Shown here in pieces: positions 1 to 13,573 of a stretch of 64,000 bases of DNA (position 1 is the first letter of the stretch; every line of letters starts with the position of its first letter). The notes under the pieces were generated by a model. It saw nothing but the letters and a program-made list of their open reading frames with translations, did no database searches and had not been told where the DNA came from. The DNA comes from Puccinia triticina (Eukaryota). Both the position numbers and the translations under genes were made by a program. Location of the stretch: assembly GCA_026914245.1 (NCBI GenBank), contig CP110440.1, forward strand, positions 3,100,001-3,164,000, in the 5' to 3' direction.

Positions 1-381
1 TGCAACGGCACCAGATTGATACTCCTGAGGGTAAATAGGAATACTATTGCCGGACGTATTTTGACGGGACCTCACAAGGGGAAAGAAGTGTCCATTCCAA
101 AGATAACACTTTTGCACAAGGGTGACTCTTACGTTAAGGTATCTTTTTATAGGTATCAATTTCCTGTTTCTTTGGCCTTTGCAATGACAATAAACAAGTG
201 TCAAGGTCAGAGCATGAGAAGAGTTGCTTTAGTTCTCAGGAACCAGGTGTTTGCACATGGAAAATTGTATGTAGGCCTCTCGCGTGTACGTGATGTATCC
301 AATTTATTGGTAGTACAGCTAGCGGAGCAAAATCAAGCGGAAGTCATGAATATGGTTAAGAAAGTTGTATTTAGAAATTAG
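1..381 (+). CDS. Helitron PIF1-like helicase, C-terminal part (5' truncated by the window)
   Basis: CNGTRL, FPVSLAFAMTINKCQGQS and VFAHGKLYVGLSRV are PIF1/RepHel motifs. Confidence 0.9.
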   Translation, partial: CNGTRLILLRVNRNTIAGRILTGPHKGKEVSIPKITLLHKGDSYVKVSFYRYQFPVSLAFAMTINKCQGQSMRRVALVLRNQVFAHGKLYVGLSRVRDVSNLLVVQLAEQNQAEVMNMVKKVVFRN

Positions 382-455
382 TCGTACTGAAAGATGTTTA
401 TACAATTGTTAAACAATAGCTGTGACAGGGCGGCGTAGCCGCCCCTGGATTCTAG
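1..455 (+). mobile_element. 3' end of Helitron (RepHel type), inserted in Gypsy pol
   Basis: PIF1 helicase C-terminus, then hairpin GGGCGGC-gta-GCCGCCC (428-444) and terminal CTAG (452-455) followed by T. The Gypsy frame resumes at 456. Confidence 0.9.
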
Positions 456-2481
456 TGTGAGATAAACCAAGACTTCTCCATTCCTGAAATCCAAGCTGAA
501 ACTCTTCAACCTCAGACCTGGGACAAATCCTGCCAGTCTTCCCATGTAGAGGATGCTAGACTGATGAAATGTAAACCTGATAGAGGAAAAGCTCATCTTA
601 CTGGAAAAGCTAGTCTCACTACTGTCCACATTGAATCCAGAGAACACTCATGTCTTCTTGATAGTGGAGCTTCTTGCTCAATCATCAGCAACAGATTGCT
701 AGATTCTATGATACCAGAATGTGAAAACAAGCTCATGCCAATCAACCATGCTAAATTCCACAGCTGTAGTGACCAATTACAGCCAATGGGCATAATAGAA
801 ATGGCTTTGATTTTTCCTCATACTAAAGATTCAGTAAGAATTCTAGCAGAATTTGTAGTGATGAAAAATGCCAGAATCAACTACCTTATACTTGGAAATG
901 ATTACATGTCTCTGTATGGTTTTGATATCACAAACAGTAAGGAAAGATTCTTCACCATTGGGAATGAGAACAAGAGGAAGAAATTCAATTTCAAATCCCA
1001 TCATCTAGAGAAAATGAGTCCTTCAAATGAAATTTCTGCTGTAAAGAAGTCCAATCCTCAACTGCAACAATTTATTGCAGAAGAACTTTGTGAAGCCAAG
1101 TTCAGTGATAAGCTAACCATTGAGCAAAAAGAGAAGCTGTTTGAAGTCCTCTACAATAACAACCTTGCTTTCTCTCACACTAATCAGCCCCTTGGTGCCA
1201 TTAAAGGCCATGAAGTCCATCTCAAGTTGACAACTGAGAGGCCCTATCCCCCTCTGCTCAGGAGACCTCCTTATCCTGCCAGCCCCAAAAGCAGAGAAGC
1301 TCTTGAGCAACATATTGAAGAGCTAGTAAACCTGAATGTTCTGAGGAAAGTTGGCCATAATGAGGTAGCTGAGATCATAACTCCTGTAATCATTGCCTGG
1401 CACAATGGAAAGTCCAGAATGGTAGGAGATTTCAGAGCTTTAAACTCCTATACTGCTTCAGACAGGTATCTCATTCCCAAGATCAATGAGACTCTGAACA
1501 ACCTAGCCAAAGCTAAATATCTGACTAGTATGGATGTACTCAAAGGTTTTCACCAGAATGTCATTGCAGAAGATTCCAGACACCTGCTCAGGATTATTAT
1601 GTACAAAGGAATCTATGAATACCTGAGAATGCCCTTTGGAATCAAAAATGCCCCCTCTCATTTCCAGAGAATGATGGACATTGAGTTCAGAAAAGAAATT
1701 GATGAGAAGTGGTTCATTATCTACATTGATGATATCATCATTATGTCCAACACTTGGGAAGAACACCTCAATAGGATAGACAGGATACTGAAAGTTGTCA
1801 TAAACATGAACATGAAAATCTCCCTGAAAAAGTGTAACTTTGGATTTGACCAGATCAAAGCCCTGGGCCATCTTTTCTCTGGAATTTCTATAGGAATAGA
1901 TCAGAACAAAGTAGCTGCTGTTCTCCAAAAGCCTGTGCCTAGTATTAGGAAAGAAATGCAATCTTTTCTTGGTTTTGCTGGTTACTACAGACAACACATT
2001 GAGAAGTTTGCAGAGATAGCAAAACCTCTAACTGAGCTCACAAGGATTGATGTCATATATGAGATGACCCATCATAGGATAGTAGCCTACAACTTGTTAA
2101 AAGAGAAACTGACCACAGCTCCCTTGCTACTGTTCCCTGACTGGGCCCACCCTTTCACACTATATGTGGATGCTAGTATGACTGGTCTAGGTGCTGCTTT
2201 ATATCAAGTCCAAGTTATTGATGGAGTAAGAAAAGAGGGACCCATTCTTTTCATATCCAGACAACTGAAGGACAGTGAAACAAGATATGGTGCTAGTCAA
2301 CTTGAATGCTTGTGCCTGGTTTGGGCCCTAGAGAAACTCTATTACTACTTAGATGGCAGTGTATTTCATGTTGTAACAGATTGCACAGCTTTGAGATCAC
2401 TGCTGAACATGAAGACTCCCAACAGACACATGCTCAGGTGGCAGATTGCTATAATATGACCATCATCCACAGGGATGGAAA
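456..2481 (+). pseudogene. pol: Gypsy pol segment 1: aspartic protease, reverse transcriptase, RNase H
   Basis: LLDSGAS, RMPFGIKNAP, YIDD, VDAS, TDC motifs. The frame is open from 456, with a small frameshifting lesion near 2455. Confidence 0.92.
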
Positions 2482-5451
2482 TCGAAGTTTATTAAAGCCT
2501 CTGAATCACAAAACAAAAATTCAAGGGTTTGCCCTACAAATATCCAAAAATTAAAAAAGAAAAATCAAGGGTTTCCCATCTACAACTTCCAGAAAAAAAA
2601 CATAAAAGGTTTTCCCTCTACAAATGCCAAAACAACAAAAAAACATAATTTTACAACAAAAAAGAATACAACTATAACCTGCAACCAGCCACCTAACATC
2701 AGCAAGCTGGTGCACCGTGGCCCACTGTCCATCCCTGTCTAGCAGGGTTAAAAAACAGTGAGAGGATGACCCCCAGCGCGCCGCATTGAAGGCATTATGC
2801 AAAGGGGGGCCAACGAGTTTAGACCCTCAAACTGCGCAAGTGCAACAGCAGAGGGGGTGAGGACACACTGCACGCTGGAAGTACAGCGGCAGAGGACGCC
2901 CTGGGGATTATCCAAACTCAAGAGCACCTCTTTTTATACACGTTCCAGTTCCCCCAGCAAACTCGCATTGGCTTTCTCGACTTGGCCCTGCATGCCAAGT
3001 ACATATCTTTGGCGACAATGCCACCGCCATGCCGCTGATGCATCTTTGACCCGCGCAGCAGTGACTTCATATGGATGTAACCTACACACCCGGACAAATC
3101 AGGCAAAGCCGCGGCACCATGAGGGCGCCGGGGCTGTAGAGGCGCCAGCTTGGCGTCACGGTGACAGGGGCGGGGCGCCCAAGGCCAGGTGGCGTCAGGA
3201 CCCACATCAGGTTGTTGTAAGCCAGGCTGGGCACATTTGGGTTGCCTGTCCCGCAGGCCAACCCGTCGTGATGGTCGGGCAGGCATCATTCCCTTGCGCT
3301 GCGGTGGTGCTGCCAACATGGGAGGTCCAGGGATGAGGTCTACAACCGGGCAAGATGGCCTATCAACCCCTGTTGGGGTAACGTCTGTATGCTGTTCTGT
3401 AGTCCTGGGCAGTAACTCTTTGCCCTTGTACAAGGCGCAGAAGGATTGGTTGAGTTCCGCCATAATGAGACGTGTTATGGTCCTTCCCATGTTTGTTAAT
3501 GTGATGTCCATAAAAGCACCCGAGCTTCCTGATTCTGAGGACGCCTATGTAACATTTTCTCTTTGGTGCGTGCATAAGAAGATGACTTCCAAGCAGCCTC
3601 CTATAAGCACACTGTCAGTAATGATGACGCTATTAGGGATAGACTGGAGCTCACACTCTCATCTGTTTAGCATTGACTACCCCCCTGGGTCCAGAGACAA
3701 GTATTTGATCATCAAGAGCTCCCCTCGATGTCCTGTGGGTCATTGAGAGGAGTATGTACTCCCCCAGATGGCCGAAATGAACCAGTCATCCAGGGAAGTG
3801 ATTACTCCTCTCAATGACCGCAGGAGTAATCACTTCCCTCAATGACCGGGCCGTTTCAGTCATTTGGAGGAGTGCATATACCCTTGATGAAAGGTTGCTC
3901 AATGTAGCCCTGTCTGGAGCTGCCCCCATAGAGCTGGTGTCCAGGGAGGTCAGGAGCCAGGGTCAAAGATGCTTAGTGACCAAGCTGGCATCTGGAGACA
4001 TCGTCACCATACCCTGTGAGGGCGCACCCAAGCACCTTCCGGGCAGATTTAGTGCTGAGTATATATGCACCGCTGTCAAGTGACCTTCCTATCAATGTCC
4101 CTATAACTCGCATTCTGACCTGCTTGGCTGTGTCAGCCATAGCTTCAGTGAGGACCATGGGGCTCAATAGCCTACAGATACCAAGTCTGTCCTTTCTTGA
4201 CCCAGACATGCCTTTTGATGTGAGCTTTCCGCTCATGTCTACCTAGCAGTAGTTCTTCTTTCTCAAAATCAGGACTGCACTCATAGCGTCGCTTATGGGC
4301 GCCTTCATCCGCATTCTCCCAACAGGGAGGTCCACATCAGGGGGTCGCCCCCAGGCCGCCAACCTGCCCCGCTTGCTGGAGTGGCGACACAGTGAGGCGT
4401 CCGGCCCCACAGCGCGGGCGAGCCAGCCGGTTGGCCATTGACCTTGCATGCCCGCCGATTAAGGCCTGCAACCGCTATGTACATGCAACAAAACATCCGA
4501 GGAAGGCTTGGATCAAAAATGCTTGCCATCCGCGGCGCTGAGAAGCGCATGACATAAGGCCGGCGGCTCTCTCAACGGGGTTCCTATCATGGGAACGCCG
4601 GAGAACTTTCTGGCGCTTTGGGCCCACAACCAGCAACCAGCACGTTGGCATTGACAAAAACCTTGATGGCGAACCACTTGATGACTCTCTTGGATTCCTT
4701 ATCTCAGGATCCCAATTGTCCTTCATGGTCCAGCCGCCCAATCCACTCCTCCAACTTTGCTGATCAATTTTTACAGCTATAATTTCATATATCTCTCATT
4801 CCAAATTGTTACTACCCATTCAAATAAAGACCTTGCCTTATTCATGATTGAGTATTGCTGATTGTACTATACAGTTTATCAATTTAAAAAGCTTAAAATT
4901 TTTGTGACAGTTATTTAGTTCTTCACTGAGACAAATGTCATAGGAGTTTCTGAGCTAGGTACATGATTTTATACAAAGTGATAAAATCATCTTTAAATAT
5001 GTGAGCTACATCCTCAAGAAAATGGGTACTAAAGTTTTTCATATTCCAATTGTGAAACCCTGGAAAGACAAATGATGCTTTTCAAATGCAAGTTACAGTC
5101 AAACCTATCAAACCAAATTCTTGTTTAAGGAAGTGACTCTCCAAACCCCACACTCATCTGGGTCCACCAAAATTAAATTTTGGTGTGTAGCTAACTCTTG
5201 AAACCACATAACCTGCCTAACCACATAGCAAATTCTGTCCACAAAGGGGTTTGGGGTTTTAAGTGTTTGACTGTATTCATGGTTAAGGCATAGTTTTTGG
5301 CACCAAAGACCAATCAACCTGGATGAAAAATATCTCAAAACCCTCTGTAAATTCATAATTCAAAAACATGGACACATGAACTACTGCCACAGAGTAAGGA
5401 GATGAGCTGGGTACCTGGTCCCTGCAGCGGTGCAGCCGCCTTTTCCTCTAG
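2482..5451 (+). mobile_element. Non-autonomous Helitron (2970 bp) with GC-rich cargo
   Basis: Starts TC after A2481 and ends CTAG before T5452, with no TSD. Removing it restores pol GAT GGA AAT ATT CAT AAG (DGNIHK). A subterminal GCGGtgcagCCGC hairpin resembles that of the first Helitron. Confidence 0.85.
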
Positions 5452-5544
5452 TATTCATAAGAATGCTGATGGACTTAGCAGATGGGCTTTGCCAAATGAT
5501 CCTAGTAACCCTGCTTATGACCCAGAAGACAAAGATGATGATAG
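5452..5544 (+). pseudogene. pol: Gypsy pol segment 2 (end of RNase H region)
   Basis: IHKNADGLSRWALPNDPSNPAYDPED. Confidence 0.85.
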
Positions 5545-5802
5545 GAAAAAACTCAACTTCAACCACCAAAAACCGACCACCTTTTCAAAACTCATCCAAA
5601 CATCAAATCCTAAAAAAATCGTAAAAGTATCATCCAAAGTATCTTCTTTCTTTCCCTGCTTACCTGTTCTTTGCTTCCTTCTTAAGCTTCATTCCCCTTC
5701 CCATTCCCCCTTTCTTCTTCCGAAACCTTAAAGATTGAGTTTTCAGAACCCCCCAAAAAGAGTACTAGGTTTTTACCGTACTCGGCTTGTGTAGCCAACA
5801 AC

Positions 5803-7119
5803 ATGGCCCCCAAGAAACTTAAAGGTTCGCGGTTCAATCAGGATGGCTGGTCAAAAACCATAGAGATGGAGGATATTGAAGCCTCCGGTTTGTCTATGGA
5901 CCAGCCGAGTTCTTCAGACCGCTCTCGAACTCCGACTCAGTCGGACTTCTCTCATAACCCTCCCCTCACTCAGTCCCGTCACAACCCCCAAAACACCGAT
6001 AGTGGATTCCTCAGTGTGATCGCTGAGATCTTTGCCCATCCCAACTCAGATGGGAGTATCTTCATAAATGTGGAGATGGTTAAAACCTTATCCCCTCTCT
6101 TAGCAATTGAGAAGATTGCTAGCGTTCAAACTCTCTCCGCTGTGGAGAAGATCACCAAGCGTTTAGACTCCATGGAGAAGTCAATAAACTTGGTGGGTCG
6201 CTCCGAACCTAAAAATAGCCCGTCTTGGGCCTCAGCCACTAAGAAAAACACTCCGGTGATTCCCCACTTGGTTACCGTTCGTCCTCCTCCCTCGAATAGG
6301 GTGTTGAATGAATTTAAACCTGCCTTTTTTATCATTCGTAAAACCATCCCGGACTCTCGTCCGTTCTCCCAAATGTCTCCCCCGGAGATAACCAAAAAAG
6401 TGAACAATGTTCTTAAAGACATTGAAGCTGTTACTGCTGATGGGTCTACCATTAAAGTTAAGGGTGTAGCCCGGTTACCTTTGGGTGACTTTAAGTTTTT
6501 TACTCAAACTCGGTTTGCAGCAAACTGGCTGCTTGAACATAAGAATGAGTGGACTCATCTATGTGATCCCACCCTTATCACCCCTCCCTTGACCTTTCCG
6601 GTTATTCTCCATTCGGTTCCAATCTCCTTCACCCCGTCCAATAAATCTACACTTGCTGAGTTATGTAGAGAAAACAACATTCATCCTGACCACATCCATG
6701 GTGCTTGATGGCTGGGCAACCCCCAAGCTAATAAAAAATCTCATGGCTCTTTAATCGTGAATTTTTTTGATAAAGATCTTGCGCAAAAGATTGAAAAAGG
6801 AAGTCTTTTTTTTAATCATTTACCGCTAACTGGGGCTCATTATAAAAAATCTCCTCTTCAGTGTTTTCAGTGTCTAGAAATAGGCCATACTGCTCAAATT
6901 TGTAAAAATACTCCGTTGTGTAAATATTGTGGTGACCCCCACAATTCTAAAGATTTTCAGTCCAATATTGGTAATGAAAAATGTGTAAAATGTATTCAGT
7001 ACGAGAAAAAAATTAGTACTTCATCTGAGTTTGACAATGATAATGTTTGATTTTATCATTCTCCTTTGAGCCTTAAGTGTCCTCTTAAAACCAAGAATTT
7101 TCGCAAAAACATCCTTAAT
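5803..7119 (+). pseudogene. LINE ORF1 (gag-like, zinc knuckles) with premature stops
   Basis: CFQCLEIGHTAQIC and CKYCGDPH knuckles, TGA stops at 6706 and 7048. Confidence 0.85.
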
Positions 7120-7121
7120 CA

Positions 7122-10100
7122 ATGATAGGTAAAAATCAATTGTATCCAAACCCTCATTCTCGTCAAGTTACCAACTCAGCCCCTTCTGTATCTTCGTCTT
7201 CTGAGTTGACTTTGTCAAATTTCAACATCCTTCAGTTAAATTGTCATAATTCCTTTGACGTTACCTCGAATGCGTTAAATTCCAATTCCAATTTTTCAAT
7301 CCTCGTCCTTCAAGAACCATGGGTCAATCCACACACGTGGAAACTTCCACACTAAGCTAATTGGTCATGTGTTCTCAATTCAAATCATTCGCCAGCGGAC
7401 TACAATGATAAACATTGCATATGTTTCTTTTTCGACAAAACCTTTTCTTTGGCCAAAATCCAACAACGTTGTGATGGTTCCCGTATTTTATCAGTCATTG
7501 ATCTATCTCTTAACCATGAAAAAATTAAAAAAAATTGTCTTATCAATCTCTACAATCCTCCAAGAACGTTCAAAGGAATCAGTCAAATCACCAGTTGGTT
7601 AAATCAGTACAACGACCAATGTATCCCATCCTTTATTTTCATGGACTCCAACCTTCACCATCAATCGTGGAACCCTTCCAACTACAAGCATACACATCAA
7701 CAAGCAAAAAACTTAATCAGAACATGCGGGAGAAATGGCTTCAAGATCATATCCAAAAAAGGAACACCAACATTCATAAACAGAAGAACAAGTCCTACGG
7801 TTATTGACCTCACGTGGGCCAACTTCAATGCGACCAAATTGGTTCAAAACTGTTCAACATCTTCAGTTAAATTCGGTTCGGACCATCAGGCAATTATTCT
7901 GCAGCTCAACTTCAACCCTCATCCTATACCGGTCACTCGCCTCTCTGTCGACCTCAAACGTTTGAACATTCAAAAATTCTGCAATGACTTATCTGGGAAT
8001 GTTACGGAAATGAATGAATTTTTGTTGTTGAATGAGACTGATATTGATAATTTTGTTAAAAAGCTGACGTCTTCTATTCAGAATTCAGTCAATAACCAGA
8101 AGAAACTGATCAAAGTCAATAATTCCAAATTCAAATCGTGGTGGGACAATGAAGTCCTTGCACCAATTGTCAGAAAAAGAAATCAAGCTCGGAAGTGGAT
8201 GTTGGTAGCTCACTCAGTCCAAGCCTGCAATTGCTATCATCATTGGCAAAAGGTATTTAAAGACAAGGTTTTTGAGCTTAAACGGAACCACTGGCGCAAG
8301 TTCCTGGCTGAGAGTAAAGATCATCAAATATTTACGGCATATAAGTTCACCAAACCTAGCAGCAGTGGTAACGTTTCCCCGCTTTTGAATGAAGAAGGGG
8401 AGCTTACCTCAGACAAAGAGGAACAGGCTCACCTCCTGTTTAAAGGAACCTCCAAAGTTCCTATTAATTGTGACATCAGCGATATTCGTCCACCAGATTT
8501 TTCTAATCCGCTCTTTTATCCCAGTATTTCTATTCCCGAAATCAATAACATTCTTTCTAAACTCCCTAAAAAGAAAGCTTGCGGTCACAATGATATCGCA
8601 AATGAACTCTTAATATGGAGTAAAAAAATTATCATTCCCTTACTGGTTAAACCAACGGTGAAACAGATACTATACAATACAGTATCTTCAGATACTTGTG
8701 TATTGTATCTGTTGAAAAATAGAAAATTGTAAATACAAATGTATTGTATCTGCCTGAAGATACAATACCATAGTATTGTATCAATAAATTATTAAAACTT
8801 GATTTTCTTGTTTTTTGCCACTGTGGACTGTATACAGAAAAACTATCAAAAATCATAAAAATACAGTATCTTGTATTGGGCTGTATTTGCAACAAGATAC
8901 CAAAGTTTGAATACATTTGTATAGTATTGGTCTTTGAATATGATACAAATAAATAGTATTGGGTGCAAAACAGATACAAATACAGGCAGATACAGATACA
9001 TGTATTGTATTTGTTTCACCGTTGGTTAAACTCTTCTTGGTGTGTCTTCATTTAGGATATTTTCCCAATTATTGGAGACATGCTATCACGGTTATCATTT
9101 GAAAAGCCAATAAAGATTTGTACGCTCTTCCTGGGTCGTATCGACCTATAGCATTACTATCATGCTTGGGTAAAGTTTTTGAAAGCTTACTCACAAAAAG
9201 GATCACTTATTGGGCAGAGAATAATAATGTTCTGGCTCATGGCCACTTCGGCGGAAGAGCTAATCGATGCACAGATGATGCAAATCTGTTTTTATCCTCG
9301 TGGATCAGGCAGAAGTGGAGGGAGAAAAAGATGGTATCAGCCCTCTTTCTTGATGTCAAATCGGCATATCCGTCTGTCATTAAAGATTGACTCATTGATA
9401 CCCTCATCAAACACGATATTCCATCTTACCTTGCTGCCATCATTAATTTGCTTCTTTCCAATCGTACCACTTCACTTCGGATGGATGACTATTTATCCCC
9501 TTCCTTTGATCTGAACTGTGGTCTTCCCCAAGGTTCTCCGCTATCACCTATTCTGTATATCATTTATAACTCCAAACTTCTCATCAATAATCCACTTAAT
9601 CTCGACCAAAACAAAATTTCCCTCGGCTTCATAGATGACGTTACCCATTTTGTGGCGGAAAAACAAATCGATAATGCTATATCAAAGCTTGAAAGTGAAG
9701 GTCAACAGTCGTTAGACTGGGGAAAAATGAATAATGCTATCTTTGATAAAAAGAAAGCAAACTTCATGATTTTCACTCACCGTTCTGTTATAACCCGCCC
9801 GTTTATTCTTGGTGATGAGGTTATGAATTGGTCTGATTCGGTTAAATATTTAGGCATCATCCTGGATTCTCAACTCACCTTTAAAAAGCATCTTGATAAG
9901 GTCAAAAAATGCGGTGTCAATACCATTAGCCAGTTGAACAGAATATCACGTTGTTCGTATGGTCTGGGATTGCAACAATCAAGAAATCTTATCATTAGTG
10001 TCCTTTGGTCCAGAATTCTTTATGGAAGTCTTATATGGGCTTCTAGAAGGAATGAATCTTCAGTTAAAAATATTATTAGTAAAATTAGTAATCAAGCTAA

Positions 10101-11404
10101 CAGGGTCATACTTGGTGTCTTTAAGACTACGCCGTGTAAATTTCTCGACAGAGAATCTCCACTGATCCCTTTTTTTGATATTTTAAAAAGAAAAAATCAT
10201 TTATATTTATGTAAAAAAATAACAGCGCCAGACAATCATCCAATCAAACGACTCATTATCAGTGAAATGAATAATTCACCTCGAAGTCACCTCTCTTCAA
10301 TCCACAACATTCTCAACAAACAATTGATCCCAGATTACGACTTTGGTTCAATCAAAACAATACAACAACATGTTTTTCCACCGTGGTTGAATTTCAGACT
10401 GGATATTAGTAATCTTAATATTAATAAAAATAAAAAAGCTAAAGAAATTGTTACTAACCAAATTAATGATAAAAAGAATAAAAATGAGATCCTCTTATTT
10501 ACAGATGGATCGAATATCCCAGAAAAAGGAACAGCTTCGGCGGCCCTCCTCAATAATTCAACTTCGTTTGCATGTTGTATCAATGATGCTGAAAAGGCTT
10601 CTGCTTTCAAAGCGGAGGTACAGGCAATCAATATTGGACTCGATTTGATCAAGAATCAGTTCATCAACAACAACTTACCCTTCTTGAATCGAATCAACAT
10701 CTATTCCAATAATCAGGCCGCACTTCAAGTTATTGCCCATCCGCCACTTCCAAAATCGAATCAGTTGGTCTTCATCCAAATATTCAACAAGATTGACACC
10801 TTGGCTTCAACTTTTTGGTTCTTGATATCGTTAAATTGGTGTCCGGCACATGTCGGAATTCCAGAAAACGAAAAAAGTTGACCAAATCGCCAAGAATGCA
10901 ACAGAAGGAAATCGACTATTTAATCTCGACCATCAACCAAGAACTTTATCAAATATCCAACAAATAATTTGATCAAAGTTCAAATTCAACAAGAAGAAAC
11001 AACCAATTATCTGAAATCAAATTTCACTAACCAATTCACCGGTCAAAATTTTTGAATCGCTAAATTGTCTTGAGAGGGGGCTGAGTTTGACAATTTATCA
11101 ATTACGATTGGGTCATTCACCTCTTAACAAATTCCTATTCAGTATTGACAAATTAGAATCGCCAAATTGTGACTTTTGCCAATCGCCAGAAACCGTCAAA
11201 CACTACCTTATCGACTGCAAGAAGTTTCAAATTCAACAAAGAAGATTCAAGTCACGTTTAATATCAAATAAGATTAAAATCAATCCTAATTCAATCAAGA
11301 ACTTACTCGATAATCCATCAGTTTTCGATCTCCTTTCCAAATTCATTATTGAAACAAATCGATTCAAAAACATCAAGACCAAGAACAATAAGGAGTTTTT
11401 TTAA
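7122..11404 (+). pseudogene. LINE ORF2: AP endonuclease, RT, RNase H, C-terminal zinc finger (disrupted)
   Basis: LQEPW, MDSNLHH, IDLTW, SDHQ (APE); YRPIALL, GLPQGSPLSP, FIDD (RT); FTDGS, WCPAHVGI (RNase H); CDFC..ETVKHYLIDC. Carries stops, frameshifts and a MITE. Confidence 0.9.
8653..9024. mobile_element. MITE with CAAC ends and 7-bp TSD, inside LINE ORF2
   Basis: TIR caacggtgaaacagatac / gtatttgtttcaccgttg, TSD gttaaac. Removing it rejoins IPLLVK-LFLVCLHLGYFP. Confidence 0.9.
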
Positions 11405-11931
11405 AAAAAAAAAAGAAGCAAGCATCAGAAGAGTTATCAGATTTGATTTTCCTTTATTTTCAAAAAAAGTTATCAATATATTTTGATTACTCACGTTATT
11501 CTTTTGTGATAAGATAAGCATGTACTCGGTGGGAGAGAACGGGCTAGATCCTAGCGGGGGTCGGGTTCGGTCAACTTTCTGCCCGCTTACATCATCAGGG
11601 TATGTGGCTTGAGCAACCACATAACATGTTCTGTCTGGGCCGCAGTCGTGACGGAAGTTGGCTGGATCAGGCTTTTGCAAAGGTTTAGACTTGTTAAAAG
11701 AGATGGATTTTCACTGCTATCACTTTTTTTGGGCGCGTCTTTTTCTTTTTCCTTTTTCTCTCAAAAAATCACTCGGATAAAAAAACCAACATAATCAACG
11801 TTATAAATAACTATGTAGTTATTCAACCATGTATTCTCTTCAAAACATCATTGTATGTATTTACATAACTCAGTAGTCACCTAGTGCGCAATGTCAAATC
11901 AATAAGCACTAAAAAAAAAAGATGATGATAG

Positions 11932-13534
11932 ATTCCCCATCATGGGCATCCATGTCTCTACCTTCAAGAATGAGTTCTTTGACTCAGCAAGAGATGGTTA
12001 CAAGCAAGATAAAAACACTGTTATATTGTCTGAGCTTTTGTTAAAAGATGCTAAAGATGCCCAGCTAAATAACTCTCTGCAAGATCCCTGGAAAATACTA
12101 TATGATGAAGGAAGATTCTCTATATTTGATGGCCTCATCTAATTCAGAGAAAAACATAATTCTGTCCTAGTCTTAGCTGACAAAGAAAGCATCAACACCA
12201 TCTTACATGAATGCCATGACAGTGTCTACTCTGGTCATCTTTTTGAAGACAGGACTTTGGAGAAAGTAGCTGATACTGCCTGGTGGGCTAACTGGAGACA
12301 AGACACTGGTGAATACTGCTCTTCCTGTGATAGATGCCAGAAAGCAAATAAAGCCACAGGCAAGAGATTTTGACTGCTCATGAAAATTGAAGAACCTTCA
12401 AAGCCATGGGATTTGATTAACATGGATTGGGTAACTTCCTTGTCTCCTGGAGGAGCTGCTAGTTTCAATGCTTGTCTGGTAATAGTAGACAGATACTCTA
12501 AGACCCCCATATTTGTACCCTGCTTCAAGGATGACTCTGCCGTGGACACTGCCATACTGTTTTGGAACAGAGTAATGCCTAGAACTGGCATCCCCAGAAT
12601 CATCATCTCTGACAGAGATCCCAAGTTCACATCTGAATTCTGGACTGGTTGACATAGTATGCTAGGAACAAAACTCTCCTTCTCCACTGCTTATCACCCC
12701 CAGACTGATGGATTAGCTGAAAGGATGATTCAAACACTGGAAGATATGATCAGGAGGTTTTGTGCATATGGTCTAGAATTCAAAGACAATGATGGTTACA
12801 CTCATGACTGGGTTTCACTTCTACCAATCCTTGAGCTAGCATATTGCACCAGCATACATTCAACCACTGGAAAACCTCCTTCCATCCTGGAGAAAGGCTG
12901 GATCCCAAACCTTCCCAGGAATTTCTTGAAACAAGACTCTGTAGACATTCATCCTACTGCTCTTGCCTATGGGAAAATCTTTGAGAAAGCTAGAAAACAT
13001 GCTGAGCAATGCATAACAGAAGCTACCTCTTACAACAAAGAAAGATGGGACAAGACTCACAAAGAACCATCCTTTAAAGCTGGTGATAAAGTCCTGATAT
13101 CCACAGCAAACTTCAACAACTTGTCTGCCCTAAGAAGATGAGAGACTCATTTACTGGACCATTCATTGTGAAAGCTTTACATGGCAAGAATGCTGTAGAA
13201 GTAATACTTACTGAAGAGTTCAGCAGGAAACATCCTACATTCCGTGTCAGTTTAGTGAAACCATACAGAGACCCCAATCCAGAAAAGTTCCCTTTGAGAC
13301 AGAATGTTAAAGTTGTCATTCCCCCCATGGATAAGACCTCTCAGAGTAAAGCCATGCAGGAAATTCTCAGAGACAAAAGATTGAGAGTGTAGAACAGAGA
13401 TGTTATGATTTACTTGGCTAGATACAAAGGCATGAGTGCTGATCGTGATGAATGGCTCCTTGAGAAGGACATTCCAGACTCTGCTATCCTTCTCAGGAAG
13501 TTCAGAAGTGAGAAGAGGTTTACCCCTGTGTTTT
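11932..13534 (+). pseudogene. pol: Gypsy pol segment 3: integrase (HHCC, DDE, GPF) and chromodomain
   Basis: CDRCQK, INMDWV, IISDRDPKF, YHPQTDGLAER, GPF, YLARYKG..DEWL, with several stops. Confidence 0.9.
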
Positions 13535-13573
13535 AATTTTATATAGAAATCCAACCCTTTTGGTGGTAGGGAA

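Larger units (their letters stand above)
5545..11917 (+). mobile_element. Full-length Tad1-like LINE with poly(A) tail
   Basis: TSD aaagatgatgatag at 5531-5544 and 11918-11931, poly(A) from 11911, ORF1 and ORF2 both present. Confidence 0.93.

Noticed and set aside
1..381. Cellular PIF1 gene
   Set aside because: It is followed directly by a Helitron hairpin and CTAG terminus within a Gypsy element
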